A stretch of 64,000 bases of DNA from an uncultured virus (IMG/VR IMGVR_UViG_3300009008_000008). Lineage: Duplodnaviria > Heunggongvirae > Uroviricota > Caudoviricetes. Where the stretch lies: IMG/VR virus record IMGVR_UViG_3300009008_000008, positions 1-64,000 of that record; one strand, 5' to 3'. Positions 19,174 through 28,800 of this stretch are shown piece after piece (position 1 is the stretch's first letter; each line of letters opens with the position of its first letter). The position numbers were made by a program, and so were the translations under genes. The notes beneath the pieces were generated by a model that saw only the letters and a program-made list of their open reading frames with translations, did not search any database and was not told where the DNA came from.

Positions 19174-19935
19174 GTATCCAAATGATGATAGACCTGGAGA
19201 CGTTAGGTTTGGAACCCGGCTCCGTTATCTTGTCCATTGGTGCCGTTGTATTTGATCCCAATGCAGGATGGGTTCCTGATTTACCCCCCTATTCCAGAGG
19301 ATCCCAATTCCATTAACGAAGTCCCTGGCTATTTTTACGCCAACATTGATCCGGAGGACGCCCAACAACAAGGCTTGACAGTGGATGCCGGGACCGTCAA
19401 ATGGTGGATGAGACAATCCAAGGAAGCCAGCTCTTACTTGGAGGTAAACCAACGTCCTCTCCAAGACGTGCTCCATGACCTATACTATTTCTGCCTGAAG
19501 ACAGCCCATGAGGCTCGGGCATCAGCCCCTCAATTCCTGCATAATGGAAAACCTATCGAGGTGCAAGACATAAAATATTTACGGGTATGGGGACATGGGG
19601 CGGACTTTGATCCTGTGCTATTGCAACAGGCCTTCCGTCTGTTTAAGGGTAGCGAGATTTCCCGCCCTTGGGGTCACCGGATGGCCCGTGATACCCGCAC
19701 TGTTTTTGACCAGGTATGGCCCCAACTCGGAGGGCAGTACCCACACAATACCCTACTTCCGGGTACAAACCACCTTCGACATATTGCGTGGGTAGACGCA
19801 TGGCGACAAGCCCATGCAGTGTGTTGTGCTTACCACCAACTAGGGCTGACAAATCAAGAATGCCCCTGTGACCGCCAAGCCGACTGTTTGGACGTAAACG
19901 AGGAATCTCATGGAAACACAAACAACCAAACCTAG
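19170..19935 (+). pseudogene. DEDDh 3'-5' exo(ribo)nuclease, frameshifted at a C6 run
   Basis: MIDLETLG...ILSIGAVVFD in the 19170 frame (stop 19316); TVKWW, WGHGADFD, RDTRT, HIAWVDA in the +1 frame. Confidence 0.85.
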
Positions 19936-20122
19936 ACTACCTTCCCGAAACGACGGTCGGTATTATATTCAGCAATGGGACGCTGGACACGCTGTTATCG
20001 ACAAGGATAGGGGAGAGACAGAACCGGTCCTTATTACCGACAGTTACGAAAGAGCCTGTGATTTCATTGAAGGGCTTTGGGGAGAACAAGATGCAGAGGA
20101 GGAACCGACGGATGGACCTTAA
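19910..20122 (+). CDS. hypothetical protein
   Basis: GAGGA SD. Confidence 0.55.
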   Translation: METQTTKPRLPSRNDGRYYIQQWDAGHAVIDKDRGETEPVLITDSYERACDFIEGLWGEQDAEEEPTDGP

Positions 20123-20287
20123 GGAGATGCGCGAATTTTGGCACGCAAAGAACCCTTCCAGACCTTTGCGTGCCCCCAAACCCGAGGATATTCCTCAACC
20201 AAAGAAACCTGATAGAGGGTCGCTCCTGGTCCACAGTCGGCACCTATGTGGATGTGACATGGGCAGACCTTGCGAAACAGTGTGACC

Positions 20288-20629
20288 ATGGCTGAATGTG
20301 TTTTCCCTGATGAAGGCGTAACATTGGTACCGACCCTTGAGGAGTATATTATCCAAGAGGGTTACGTTGATGGTACCTGTTTTCCCAACACGTTTTTCGT
20401 AAACATCCTGTGCTGTGCTCAACACTACATTGCCGACATGGAAGACTGGATGGAAGCTCATACTAATGGGGAGCCTGTGGGTACGAAAGCGTTTGGGGGC
20501 CTCAAGGGAATGTGGGTGACAGGATGGACAGGAAAACAAGCGTCCGGTGATATGAATTTTCGCCGGTATGCCATCCGGTATGCGGGTCCTTCTGGGGACC
20601 CATGGGAGTTCAATTCATTTGTAGTATAA
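20288..20629 (+). CDS. hypothetical protein
   Basis: ORF filling the operon before pyrF. Confidence 0.6.
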   Translation: MAECVFPDEGVTLVPTLEEYIIQEGYVDGTCFPNTFFVNILCCAQHYIADMEDWMEAHTNGEPVGTKAFGGLKGMWVTGWTGKQASGDMNFRRYAIRYAGPSGDPWEFNSFVV

Positions 20630-20639
20630 GGGGCCGAGT

Positions 20640-21746
20640 ATGTTTGCAAAGAGAATGGTGGAAAGGGCACAAGAGATTGACAGCCGGGTAATCATAGGTC
20701 TGGATCCAGATCTGTCCAAGATGCCGCCAGAAGTACAAAAAGAAGCCCAAGAAAATGGAGTAGGGCTTTCCTCTGTCATTGGGTCCTATCTTCGGCAGGT
20801 TATTGAAGCCACCCGCCAACACGCGGTGGCGTTCAAGCCTCAAGCTACTTTCTACGAACAATTCCAACGGGATGGTCTGGAGGTCTTGGAATACGTGATC
20901 GAAAGCCTCCGGGAACTTGGTCAGATTGTCATCTTGGACGCCAAGCGGAATGACATTGGCAACACCGCAGCCGCTTATGGAAGAGCTTGGTTAAACTCCC
21001 GGTCAACTCATGGTTTTCCCAACCCTTGGATGGTTGATGCAATTACAGTAGCACCTTACATGGGCAAGGATTCTGTTCTTCCTTTCCTGGACGCCAACAG
21101 GGATGCTGGAGTGTCCCTCCTCTGTCGGACCTCCAACTCTGGGGCCGATGACTTTCAGGACTTTTCTGACAACATGGGTGGGTGTTTATATGAAAGGGTG
21201 GCAGAAAAAGCACATGACTGGGGGAAGGACTATCGACCCCTCCATTGTAAATACTCCAATCTTGGGCTTGTTGTAGGGGCCACCAAAGACATACGAGAGG
21301 TGCGATCGATCCGGCAGTTTAATAAACGGGCTTTGTTCTTGATGCCTGGTATTGGTGTTCAAGGAGGATCGATCGAAACGATCGTAGCTGGGGCAGGACC
21401 TGACTTACTAGGCGCCTATGCGGCAGCGTCACGGTCGGTATTGTATCCAAAGAGAAGGACTAAAGAGGAACAAGCGTTGTGGGACGGAGAGAACTGGCCA
21501 GAGTTTATCCGTCTTCGGTGTGAAGAGGAAGCTCGTCTGTTGAAGGAAGCCATCCAAAAGCGGTTCGCACTTGAAAGGTGGCGGAACAACTTAAAGAGCA
21601 AGGATATCGTGGTACACAACGGGCAACAAGAAGTGCTGGAAGGAGTTTACACCTCTCAGGATACCTTGATGGGCAGGATCCGCAAGTCAGGAGCCAAGGT
21701 CATCAATGTCCCAGTGTCAGAGTTTAATCCAGTTTCACAAGGTTAA
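20640..21746 (+). CDS. pyrF: orotidine-5'-phosphate decarboxylase with C-terminal extension
   Basis: IGLDP, FKPQ, ILDAKRNDIGNT, RTSN, GLVVGAT, LMPGIGVQGG, SRSV. Confidence 0.95.
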   Translation: MFAKRMVERAQEIDSRVIIGLDPDLSKMPPEVQKEAQENGVGLSSVIGSYLRQVIEATRQHAVAFKPQATFYEQFQRDGLEVLEYVIESLRELGQIVILDAKRNDIGNTAAAYGRAWLNSRSTHGFPNPWMVDAITVAPYMGKDSVLPFLDANRDAGVSLLCRTSNSGADDFQDFSDNMGGCLYERVAEKAHDWGKDYRPLHCKYSNLGLVVGATKDIREVRSIRQFNKRALFLMPGIGVQGGSIETIVAGAGPDLLGAYAAASRSVLYPKRRTKEEQALWDGENWPEFIRLRCEEEARLLKEAIQKRFALERWRNNLKSKDIVVHNGQQEVLEGVYTSQDTLMGRIRKSGAKVINVPVSEFNPVSQG

Positions 21747-21755
21747 CTGTAAATA
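21746..21755 (+). promoter_or_regulatory. ACTGTAAATA phage promoter-like motif
   Basis: exact copy about 45 nt upstream of 21799. Confidence 0.55.
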
Positions 21756-21798
21756 AACCCTGAGCGTTCACCCAACTATTACCAGAAGGAGAAGTACT

Positions 21799-22176
21799 AT
21801 GGCCGATGAGCCGAAGACCGAAACACCCCAACCCCCTGCGCCCACAGTAACTGCCCTGCCCGGAGAGAACGGGATCCAGCCGCCAGAGCCGATGGGAGCA
21901 CGCCCACAAGGCCCCACGATTACCATGCCCATCGTCGAGCTGGCGGAAGCCTTGACCACCGCTTATGTTGACGGATTCAACTCAGCCGCGGCAGGCGTTA
22001 CCTTAATCAGCCGGAAGTTCAACCGCGAACAGCATAAGCAAGCCACGATCGTGCGAATTGCCAAAGCGGTCGGCGCCATCAAAGAGCCGGTTAAGGAAGC
22101 CCCTCCAGAGGGCCAGCCTGCCACTGACGCTCCGGCTGAGGCCAATGCCGAGGCAAAACCCCCGCAACAGGAATAA
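21799..22176 (+). CDS. hypothetical Pro/Ala-rich protein
   Basis: GAAGGAG SD; last gene of the + block. Confidence 0.75.
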   Translation: MADEPKTETPQPPAPTVTALPGENGIQPPEPMGARPQGPTITMPIVELAEALTTAYVDGFNSAAAGVTLISRKFNREQHKQATIVRIAKAVGAIKEPVKEAPPEGQPATDAPAEANAEAKPPQQE

Positions 22177-23449
22177 AATCATCTGGGCGTTTCAACTCAC
22201 CTTTATGTTCCCAACGGACAAGGGCTTCGACTGCTTCTACCTTGTTGGCCCCCAGGTTTATTTTAGGTTGGTATACCAGATAAAACTCACCTTTTTCCAG
22301 ACCTTCACGGACGGAGGCTTCTATTTCAACACGACGGCAAGCTTTCTCTTGCATTTCTGGATGATAAAAGTGGAAGGTACCACGTCCAGCATTCTTGGAT
22401 TCATACATTGCACTGTCGGCACTCTTGAGCAGGTCTTCTTGGAGTTCTGCGTCGTCTGGGTAGACTGAGATACCGATTGAACAGGAGATGAAAATGTTCT
22501 GCCCACACAGCTGGAAGGGTAACGTTAACTGTTCCAGAATCTTACGGGCAACCAACTCAACATAACAGGGATGGGTGATACCTGTCAGGATAGTAGTGAA
22601 TTCATCCCCTCCAAGACGGGCTACAGTATCCGACTGCCGCACGCAACTCTTGATACGGATGGCTACCTCCCGCAGCAAGTCATCCCCTGCGTCGTGTCCG
22701 AGAGTGTCATTCACCCACTTGAAACGATCCAGGTCAATAAACATTAACACAACCTGTTCTCTGTGCCTCTTGGCGGCATACATAGACTGTGACAAACGGT
22801 CCAAAAATAGGCTGCGGTTGGGTAACCCTGTCAGTTTGTCCCTCTCTACCTGGAGTTTTAGCTGGTGTTCCAAATACCTCCGTTTGATTAAACACGCGAC
22901 TGTCGAAGCTACCACGCCAAGGAAATCCTGTTCTTCCTTATTCACAGGATGCCCTTCTTCCAGATATAGGTTAAGTACTCCCAAGAGCTTATCAGCATCC
23001 ATGATGGGCACTACATAATGCCCATGAGGAACCATGCCCTCGAATGTAAAGTCATGTTGGTGGTCCACTTTATCGGCGAAGAGGAGGCTCTGTGATTGCA
23101 GTACTCTACCACACAGACAATCCCCTAGTTTTATAACCGCGCATTGTACCTTCTGCTCTTCCAGGAACCCTTGCTGTGCCATCAAGTGTAGGTGACCTGA
23201 CTGTTCGTCTACCAGGAACACTCCTCCTTTTGGCACCAGTTTAAACCAAGGTATGTCCAGGATGATCTTTAAAAACTCTTGTAACTGGGATTTCAAAGGC
23301 ATCTGGTCAAGCGAGGTCAACAACAGACGGTTAAGTACCATCACCGAGTTAAATTTTTGTTGGTTAGAAATATTAGGCTCCTGTTGCATAAACCAAGCGG
23401 CGGATGGTGTCACCCCACAATCTTGTACGGCTGGTTTTTCTGTTAACAT
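22091..23449 (-). CDS. GAF-GGDEF diguanylate cyclase with truncated EAL domain
   Basis: GAF (CLCG...HGHY...GVLNLY), DKLTGLPNR, FIDLDRFK.VND..GH..GD, RQSD I-site, RLGGDEF, ADSAMY; YQPK...EALVRW...FIPVA, then homology stops. Confidence 0.92.
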   Translation of the reverse strand: MLTEKPAVQDCGVTPSAAWFMQQEPNISNQQKFNSVMVLNRLLLTSLDQMPLKSQLQEFLKIILDIPWFKLVPKGGVFLVDEQSGHLHLMAQQGFLEEQKVQCAVIKLGDCLCGRVLQSQSLLFADKVDHQHDFTFEGMVPHGHYVVPIMDADKLLGVLNLYLEEGHPVNKEEQDFLGVVASTVACLIKRRYLEHQLKLQVERDKLTGLPNRSLFLDRLSQSMYAAKRHREQVVLMFIDLDRFKWVNDTLGHDAGDDLLREVAIRIKSCVRQSDTVARLGGDEFTTILTGITHPCYVELVARKILEQLTLPFQLCGQNIFISCSIGISVYPDDAELQEDLLKSADSAMYESKNAGRGTFHFYHPEMQEKACRRVEIEASVREGLEKGEFYLVYQPKINLGANKVEAVEALVRWEHKGELKRPDDFIPVAGVLPRHWPQPERQWQAGPLEGLP

Positions 23450-23848
23450 TCATCTATCACGACCCCCCAACACCTGTTCCTGGCGTAGGAGACGGTCGAG
23501 CCTCCTTTGGTTGTACTTGAGTAATCTGTGGTCATTGTCATTAGCCTCACCTCTCTGTACACGGTCTTCCAAATACTCAATATAACCAGTCACACTCTCA
23601 ATTTTATACGCCAGGAGTTCTCGCTCGACCGCGAGAATACGGGATGCCACACCTGCCTCGATAACCTGACGCTCTTCTGCCAAGGCTTCTTTGGTCACGA
23701 TGTTATTGGCAACCCACCAAACCCCACCTACCAAGGGTATAATCACAGATAAAACAGCACTTACCTTTTGCCAGCCAAACTTCCTGTCCAGTTTCTCACG
23801 CACCTCTTTATCCACCAGCTCTTCCACATCCACATCGTTGTCACCCAC
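23450..23848 (-). CDS. single-TM coiled-coil protein
   Basis: GAGGA SD before GTG; TM followed by a helical tail. Confidence 0.7.
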   Translation of the reverse strand: MGDNDVDVEELVDKEVREKLDRKFGWQKVSAVLSVIIPLVGGVWWVANNIVTKEALAEERQVIEAGVASRILAVERELLAYKIESVTGYIEYLEDRVQRGEANDNDHRLLKYNQRRLDRLLRQEQVLGGRDR

Positions 23849-23898
23849 GGTACTATCCTCCTCTTTACCCCCTAGAAAGGGACATAAATAGCCGGTAT

Positions 23899-23997
23899 TT
23901 AAAATATTCTGGCCGTTAAATCTATGACAGCGACAGACACTCCGAGCACTACGGCCAGAATCAAAAATTGAAAAAGCACTAGGGCCGCATCAACCAA
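23899..23997 (-). CDS. 32-aa hydrophobic peptide (not in ORF track)
   Basis: GGAGG SD, TTG start, VDAALVLFQFLILAVVLGVSVAVIDLTARIF. Confidence 0.5.
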   Translation of the reverse strand: MVDAALVLFQFLILAVVLGVSVAVIDLTARIF

Positions 23998-24010
23998 GCG
24001 GTCCCTCCAA

Positions 24011-24334
24011 TTACGCGGTGGGTCCTCCAGGTTTTTCATTTTGTTTATCTGCCGAGCCGGATCTCTTTGTGAATCCCTTCAACATTGTGCTGGCGTTGAC
24101 ATAAAAGGCAAATAAAGGAGCGGCGAAACCAACAACAGCCGCCACTACCCCAGCTTGTTGTGTGCTGATATCGGGCAACCCTTTTGCCCACGTAATGGTA
24201 TCGTACACCAGCCACATGTATCCAAAGATTACAACACGCGGTACGATACGCAATCGATCAAAGAAGTACCCAATGAGGTCAATGTTGACCTTCACAAGGT
24301 ACTCGACGTTCTCTACGTTAAACGGGTTAGTCAT
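24011..24334 (-). CDS. holin-like two-TM protein
   Basis: RIVPR-TM1-short loop-TM2-basic tail; GGAG SD. Confidence 0.55.
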   Translation of the reverse strand: MTNPFNVENVEYLVKVNIDLIGYFFDRLRIVPRVVIFGYMWLVYDTITWAKGLPDISTQQAGVVAAVVGFAAPLFAFYVNASTMLKGFTKRSGSADKQNEKPGGPTA

Positions 24335-24671
24335 AGTTAAACTCCAATTGGAACGTACATGCGCCGCACTCCTTATGGATGCCAAAGTATTCCACCTCGG
24401 TAGAGTACCGCCTAGTTTTCTTGGTAGGGGTAGGCCCACCTTTCGACGTCTCCAGGTACCTTATTTGACGATGGGGTTCATCAGTATCCCAGATACAAAG
24501 GTCGAATATGTATACTGCATTTGTTTTTTGGACGGCCCGCATTAGTGCCCGTGAGAGGAACCTCAATAGATGGGCGTTGGCCTCGATGGAACTACATTTA
24601 GAGAGGGCGTTGGCAATATCGTTAATATAGAGTTGCATTGGAGTCACTCCTCGGTTTTCAGTACATGACAC
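24327..24671 (-). CDS. hypothetical protein with C...CGAC
   Basis: AGGAGGTGA SD. Confidence 0.6.
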   Translation of the reverse strand: MSCTENRGVTPMQLYINDIANALSKCSSIEANAHLLRFLSRALMRAVQKTNAVYIFDLCIWDTDEPHRQIRYLETSKGGPTPTKKTRRYSTEVEYFGIHKECGACTFQLEFNYD

Positions 24672-24701
24672 TCACCTCCTCATGCTCGCGCCCAACCACA
24701 C

Positions 24702-24881
24702 TTAACCATCCCACTCCTTCTCAATTTCATTGAAAAACTTCTTCCGTTCCTCGACACTCAAATCCGCGGGACTGGAGGCATCCCACTCATCCAATTTTTT
24801 GTTGAAAAACGCCTGGTATTCCCTTTGCTTATCACTCTGGGCACAGACACTAGGCGTTCGTGTGGCAAGTTCTTTAATCAT
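24702..24881 (-). CDS. small protein resembling head/prohead-core-associated helical domains of large myophages
   Basis: YQAFFNKKL...SPADLS.EERKKFFNEIEKEW; AGAGGA SD before ATG 24881. Confidence 0.6.
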   Translation of the reverse strand: MIKELATRTPSVCAQSDKQREYQAFFNKKLDEWDASSPADLSVEERKKFFNEIEKEWDG

Positions 24882-24918
24882 GGTATCCTCTTTGGTATAC
24901 TCCGCGATCTGTTCCCAC

Positions 24919-24945
24919 AATAAAACGTAGGCAGGCCTACCTACG
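24919..24945 (-). terminator. intrinsic terminator
   Basis: CGTAGGTAG-GC-CTGCCTACG hairpin then TTTTATT on the - strand. Confidence 0.55.
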
Positions 24946-25066
24946 CGATCATGAAAACTTGGTGGTGGGGCGAGCGGTCAGTCCGAATCCCCAACCCCAG
25001 AGTCCCGGAAACTCGATAGGGCGGATAACACCACACTTGCAGCCCTTATACAACTACCTTCTGAAG

Positions 25067-25861
25067 TTACTCCACTGAAAGTAAGCTAGAGTCCTCCTGG
25101 ATAGCACTGTAAAACGCGGGAGAACTTACAGCACTGGTTTCAAAACCTTGGACCCCATGTACCTGCCGATACACCAGCCTGTTACCTTTCTTGTAGAAAT
25201 CAACAGGCCGGTTGGCAGATATATGACTACAATGCCCCAGTTCCTTCCCACAGTAGGAACAACTGTACTGGTCTACGTAGGCACCCATGGAATAACTGTT
25301 CATCTGCCCACTAAGGATATCCTTCACCAGGTCAGGATCCTTAGTGCGGTCAAACGCCAAGAGCTCCAGGAACTTCCAGACCTTTCCTTGACCGAACTCC
25401 GGCATCTTACGGAGGTAGGTATCGGCGATAACACCACGGGCTTTTGACAGAACAGTGTTCTTATGTTCAACAAAACATGGTTTCCCTTTAAACGTCTTGA
25501 ACGCCTGCATCCCTGCTTCAGGGTTGAACGCTACCATTGATGCCAGCGGGAACGCCACACCATTCCTGTTTGGTAAGTCTGTTGGAATCGTAATAACCGG
25601 CACCATCACAAAGTCCTCGAGGTTGTCAGAGATCTCGTAGGTTTTGCTGGCAAAAGGTAACCATTGGCTGATGTCTAGCGAGGTATCTCCGCTTTCCATT
25701 CCAAGGACCTCATTCCGCATTACGACCCTGCCCGAGGCTAAGGTCACATCTTTTCGTTTGACCGCCTGGTGGACCTCCAGAGGGTTGCAAAGGGCTCTTC
25801 CACCGAGATCATAGTTGGCTGTCTTGTTCACAGGACGCCGACCTGGCAAAAATTGTGTCAT
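25067..25861 (-). CDS. putative prohead (capsid maturation) protease
   Basis: directly after portal; PNRNG..F, FVEH, YSMGA, CSYC..C.H, FETSAVSSPA. Confidence 0.75.
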   Translation of the reverse strand: MTQFLPGRRPVNKTANYDLGGRALCNPLEVHQAVKRKDVTLASGRVVMRNEVLGMESGDTSLDISQWLPFASKTYEISDNLEDFVMVPVITIPTDLPNRNGVAFPLASMVAFNPEAGMQAFKTFKGKPCFVEHKNTVLSKARGVIADTYLRKMPEFGQGKVWKFLELLAFDRTKDPDLVKDILSGQMNSYSMGAYVDQYSCSYCGKELGHCSHISANRPVDFYKKGNRLVYRQVHGVQGFETSAVSSPAFYSAIQEDSSLLSVE

Positions 25862-28800
25862 GACACGTCTCCATAGGGATTCCGACGACCAATAAAACGC
25901 TGTGCCATTCGTTGTCGGCGTTTGTTGTTGGGTTCCTTGGCAATCTCACGGACCGCCTTGATTATCTTATCATTGATGGCTTTGTTGGCACGTGTTTGGT
26001 TGAACACGTGCCGTTTCTTGCCAGCTTTGTCGGTCGTAGACAACTCTGCGAGGTCTCCGAAATCCCTGTCCGTAAGGGTCTGGCGTTTGATAGACCGCAG
26101 ACCAGAGAAGGAAAAATCATCGTCGTCCTCGTCATCACCTCCACCTTTAAGTTCCTTGATTCGGTCCTTAATCTCCGCGTCTTCCTCAAGGTCACTCATC
26201 AGGCTGTCAACAGATAGACCACCGGCAGCAGCCCACATCCGCAGAGGGACCGGCACTCCCTTCTCGGTCAGGGTCTCCAATACTGTCAGGTACTCGGTGT
26301 CCGCCTCAGGCCGAAGGGCTTTATGCCAGTGCATGGTTGGAATAACCAGTTTACTGGTATCAGCCGTATACCACTGTACCATGTCGGTTGTCAACATAGG
26401 AGTTGTCCGACGGGCCGCCGACTCCTCAGGTGTCCTGTGTCGATAGTAAGGGTTAGGCTTTGGAGCATCCTCTTCCTTCTCAAAGCCATTGATAACCGAG
26501 ATCAATGGAAACAGCTTGTTGTAAAACACCCTGTGGGTGGTCATGTCACGGAACGCCCGCATGTGTTCAATAAACACTGACAACGCTACTTCCATCGTTC
26601 CATACGACATGTCTCCACTGTTATGTACCACGATACCGTTAGACACAAAGGCAGGTGCCACTTTGTGTTCCATGGTCAGGTCATACAAATGGGAAGTTCC
26701 AGCTGGTTTTACCTCCTGTACCGGGTCAAAGAAGTACTGGAGTTCAGACAAGCGCACCAATCGTCTGACAACTACAGGATCAATTTGTTCCAGGATATCC
26801 AATAAATCGGAGTATAGACCTTTCTCAAAGTTAGAGTAGGGCAGGACTCCATCTCGATGTTTACCCTTCCCAACCGTTGATCCCAAGTATTTTGAGGTGC
26901 GGTGACCAAAGCCTTCAATTAAAACTGGTTGGCCTTCCGCATTTTCAAACCACTCACCAACATTGGTTTCTCTGCGGATCCAACGGGATGCCAAGAAGTT
27001 TCGGATAGGTGGTATAGGTACCCCGAATGTACGTCCTTGTAAATCCGCTTCACGTACATCGTACTGGTTTTTTTCAGTATGGGCCAACCAAGGACGTAGA
27101 CGCCTGTAAAATTTGTTCCCAAAATACCGAATAACACTTAACCATTTGGGGTGGTCAGTCATCCGAAAGCTGGGTACCCCGAGGTCCGCCAATAGTATCT
27201 GCATTTGGTCCAACAATTGGCCACTACTACTGCAAAAACGCAGAGCCACAGTATCTTTCCTTTGGGCAACAGAGCCATCACCGTCAAGAAAAGCGGCAAT
27301 GAAAGCCAATCGGCATTCCGTCGGGGCCTGAAGGATGGACCAAGGTACTACTCTGTAGGCAGACGGATTGTTCACCTCGGATTTCCGTTTCTGTACGACC
27401 CCGAGTTCCTTCAACCAATGTACGACCTTTACCTCCTCGAAGGACATCTTGTAAACATCCGAATTGGAGGTACCCGTCACACCCTTAATGTTATACCTAC
27501 GACCTTTCGGGCTACTTAAGGTCCGTTCAGGAACCACACCAAAAACAGAGGTAAAAGCCTCTTGGTATCGGTCAAGGACTCCCAGATTCGAATTCGTGAT
27601 CGAAACCACGTTTTTCTTCTTAAGTGTGCCCTCAGACACGATAAGTCCTAACACATAGGCCAAATCGGGTGTCATTTCTGTCGGTTTGGTTGCAGCTTTT
27701 TGGGACCAACCTCCTTTAACCAGATAATCTGTGAGGTTCAGCCTCAGGGGTTCCGTCGCCTCCTGCCCCTGTGTGTCAATGCACAGGTAATCGGATTTTT
27801 GAAGGCGCTTCACAGGAACCCATTCCGGACGTAGGTCTTGTCCCAAAGTCAGTACCTCATGCTTCTTTGTTGTTGTGACATTATACCCGGATTGTGTAGT
27901 GGTTTTGACAACAGGTGATTTACCCCGGTACCACCAATGAATGGCTTTTGCAAACTCTCCAGAACGCCCCTTGACCAACAAATCTGTGGTGTACCCTTGG
28001 TCTTTACGTAGGCCCCTACGATCATACAATTGGTCAATAGGAATTAGGCCACGTTCCGTGTGAACATACGAGCCTTCCGCCAAACACAAAAAGCCCTCAT
28101 TTATCCCAAGAGCCTGCATCTTGAGGTTGGAGGTCTCTGGAATAGTATCCGTCCATTTCCAGGAGTCACCGCCGCTCCTGATTTCATTGGTATTCACATC
28201 ATCACGTGTGGCAATCATGGCACCAACAGGATCTAAGTCCGCTTGTTGGAACAGGGCTACGATAGCCTTGAGCTCCTCATCCGTGGGTTCCCAATCCTCA
28301 TCCCCTGCCACGATATGCAGGATCGACCGTTGCCTCTTTGCTGCCTCTGTCAGTGTACCCCTGTACAGGATCTTCTCCAGAAAGTAAATAGGCAGCAGCC
28401 GATGATACAACGAGGTACCACGATTGTTAAAGGTAAAGCTGCGCCTGGGTACATAAAGCGTGGTCAACGGATCGAGCGTCACCTCTGGGGCTCGCATGGC
28501 TCTCAGCATACCCGGGGACAGTCGTTCCTTCAGACGTTCGATGTGCGGTTCCCGGCTGTTGATGAACTCCTTCATGTCGGCCCCAATTTTCATCTTAATC
28601 AGAGGATCGGTGCCATACAAGGGAGTCGGAATCACAGTACAGTCGGCTATGTTCTGTGGTATCAAATCAGTAAATAATTTCTCCGCCTTTTTAAACACGA
28701 GGGTGGATACGAAGGTGCCGAGCACGAGGTAATCTACACTCATTTCAGGCATTAGACTACGCATGTTCAGGCGGTCCAAATTGGACTCGAACACCTCCAG

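Noticed and set aside
4182..21746. Bacterial chromosome or contamination because of rnhB, dapD, purC, pyrE and pyrF
   Set aside because: These genes are isolated from their usual operons, translationally coupled to small phage-type ORFs, and continuous with terminase and portal genes.
24950..25050. tRNA or tmRNA (ends in CCACCA on the - strand)
   Set aside because: No TTCRA T-loop or cloverleaf could be built.
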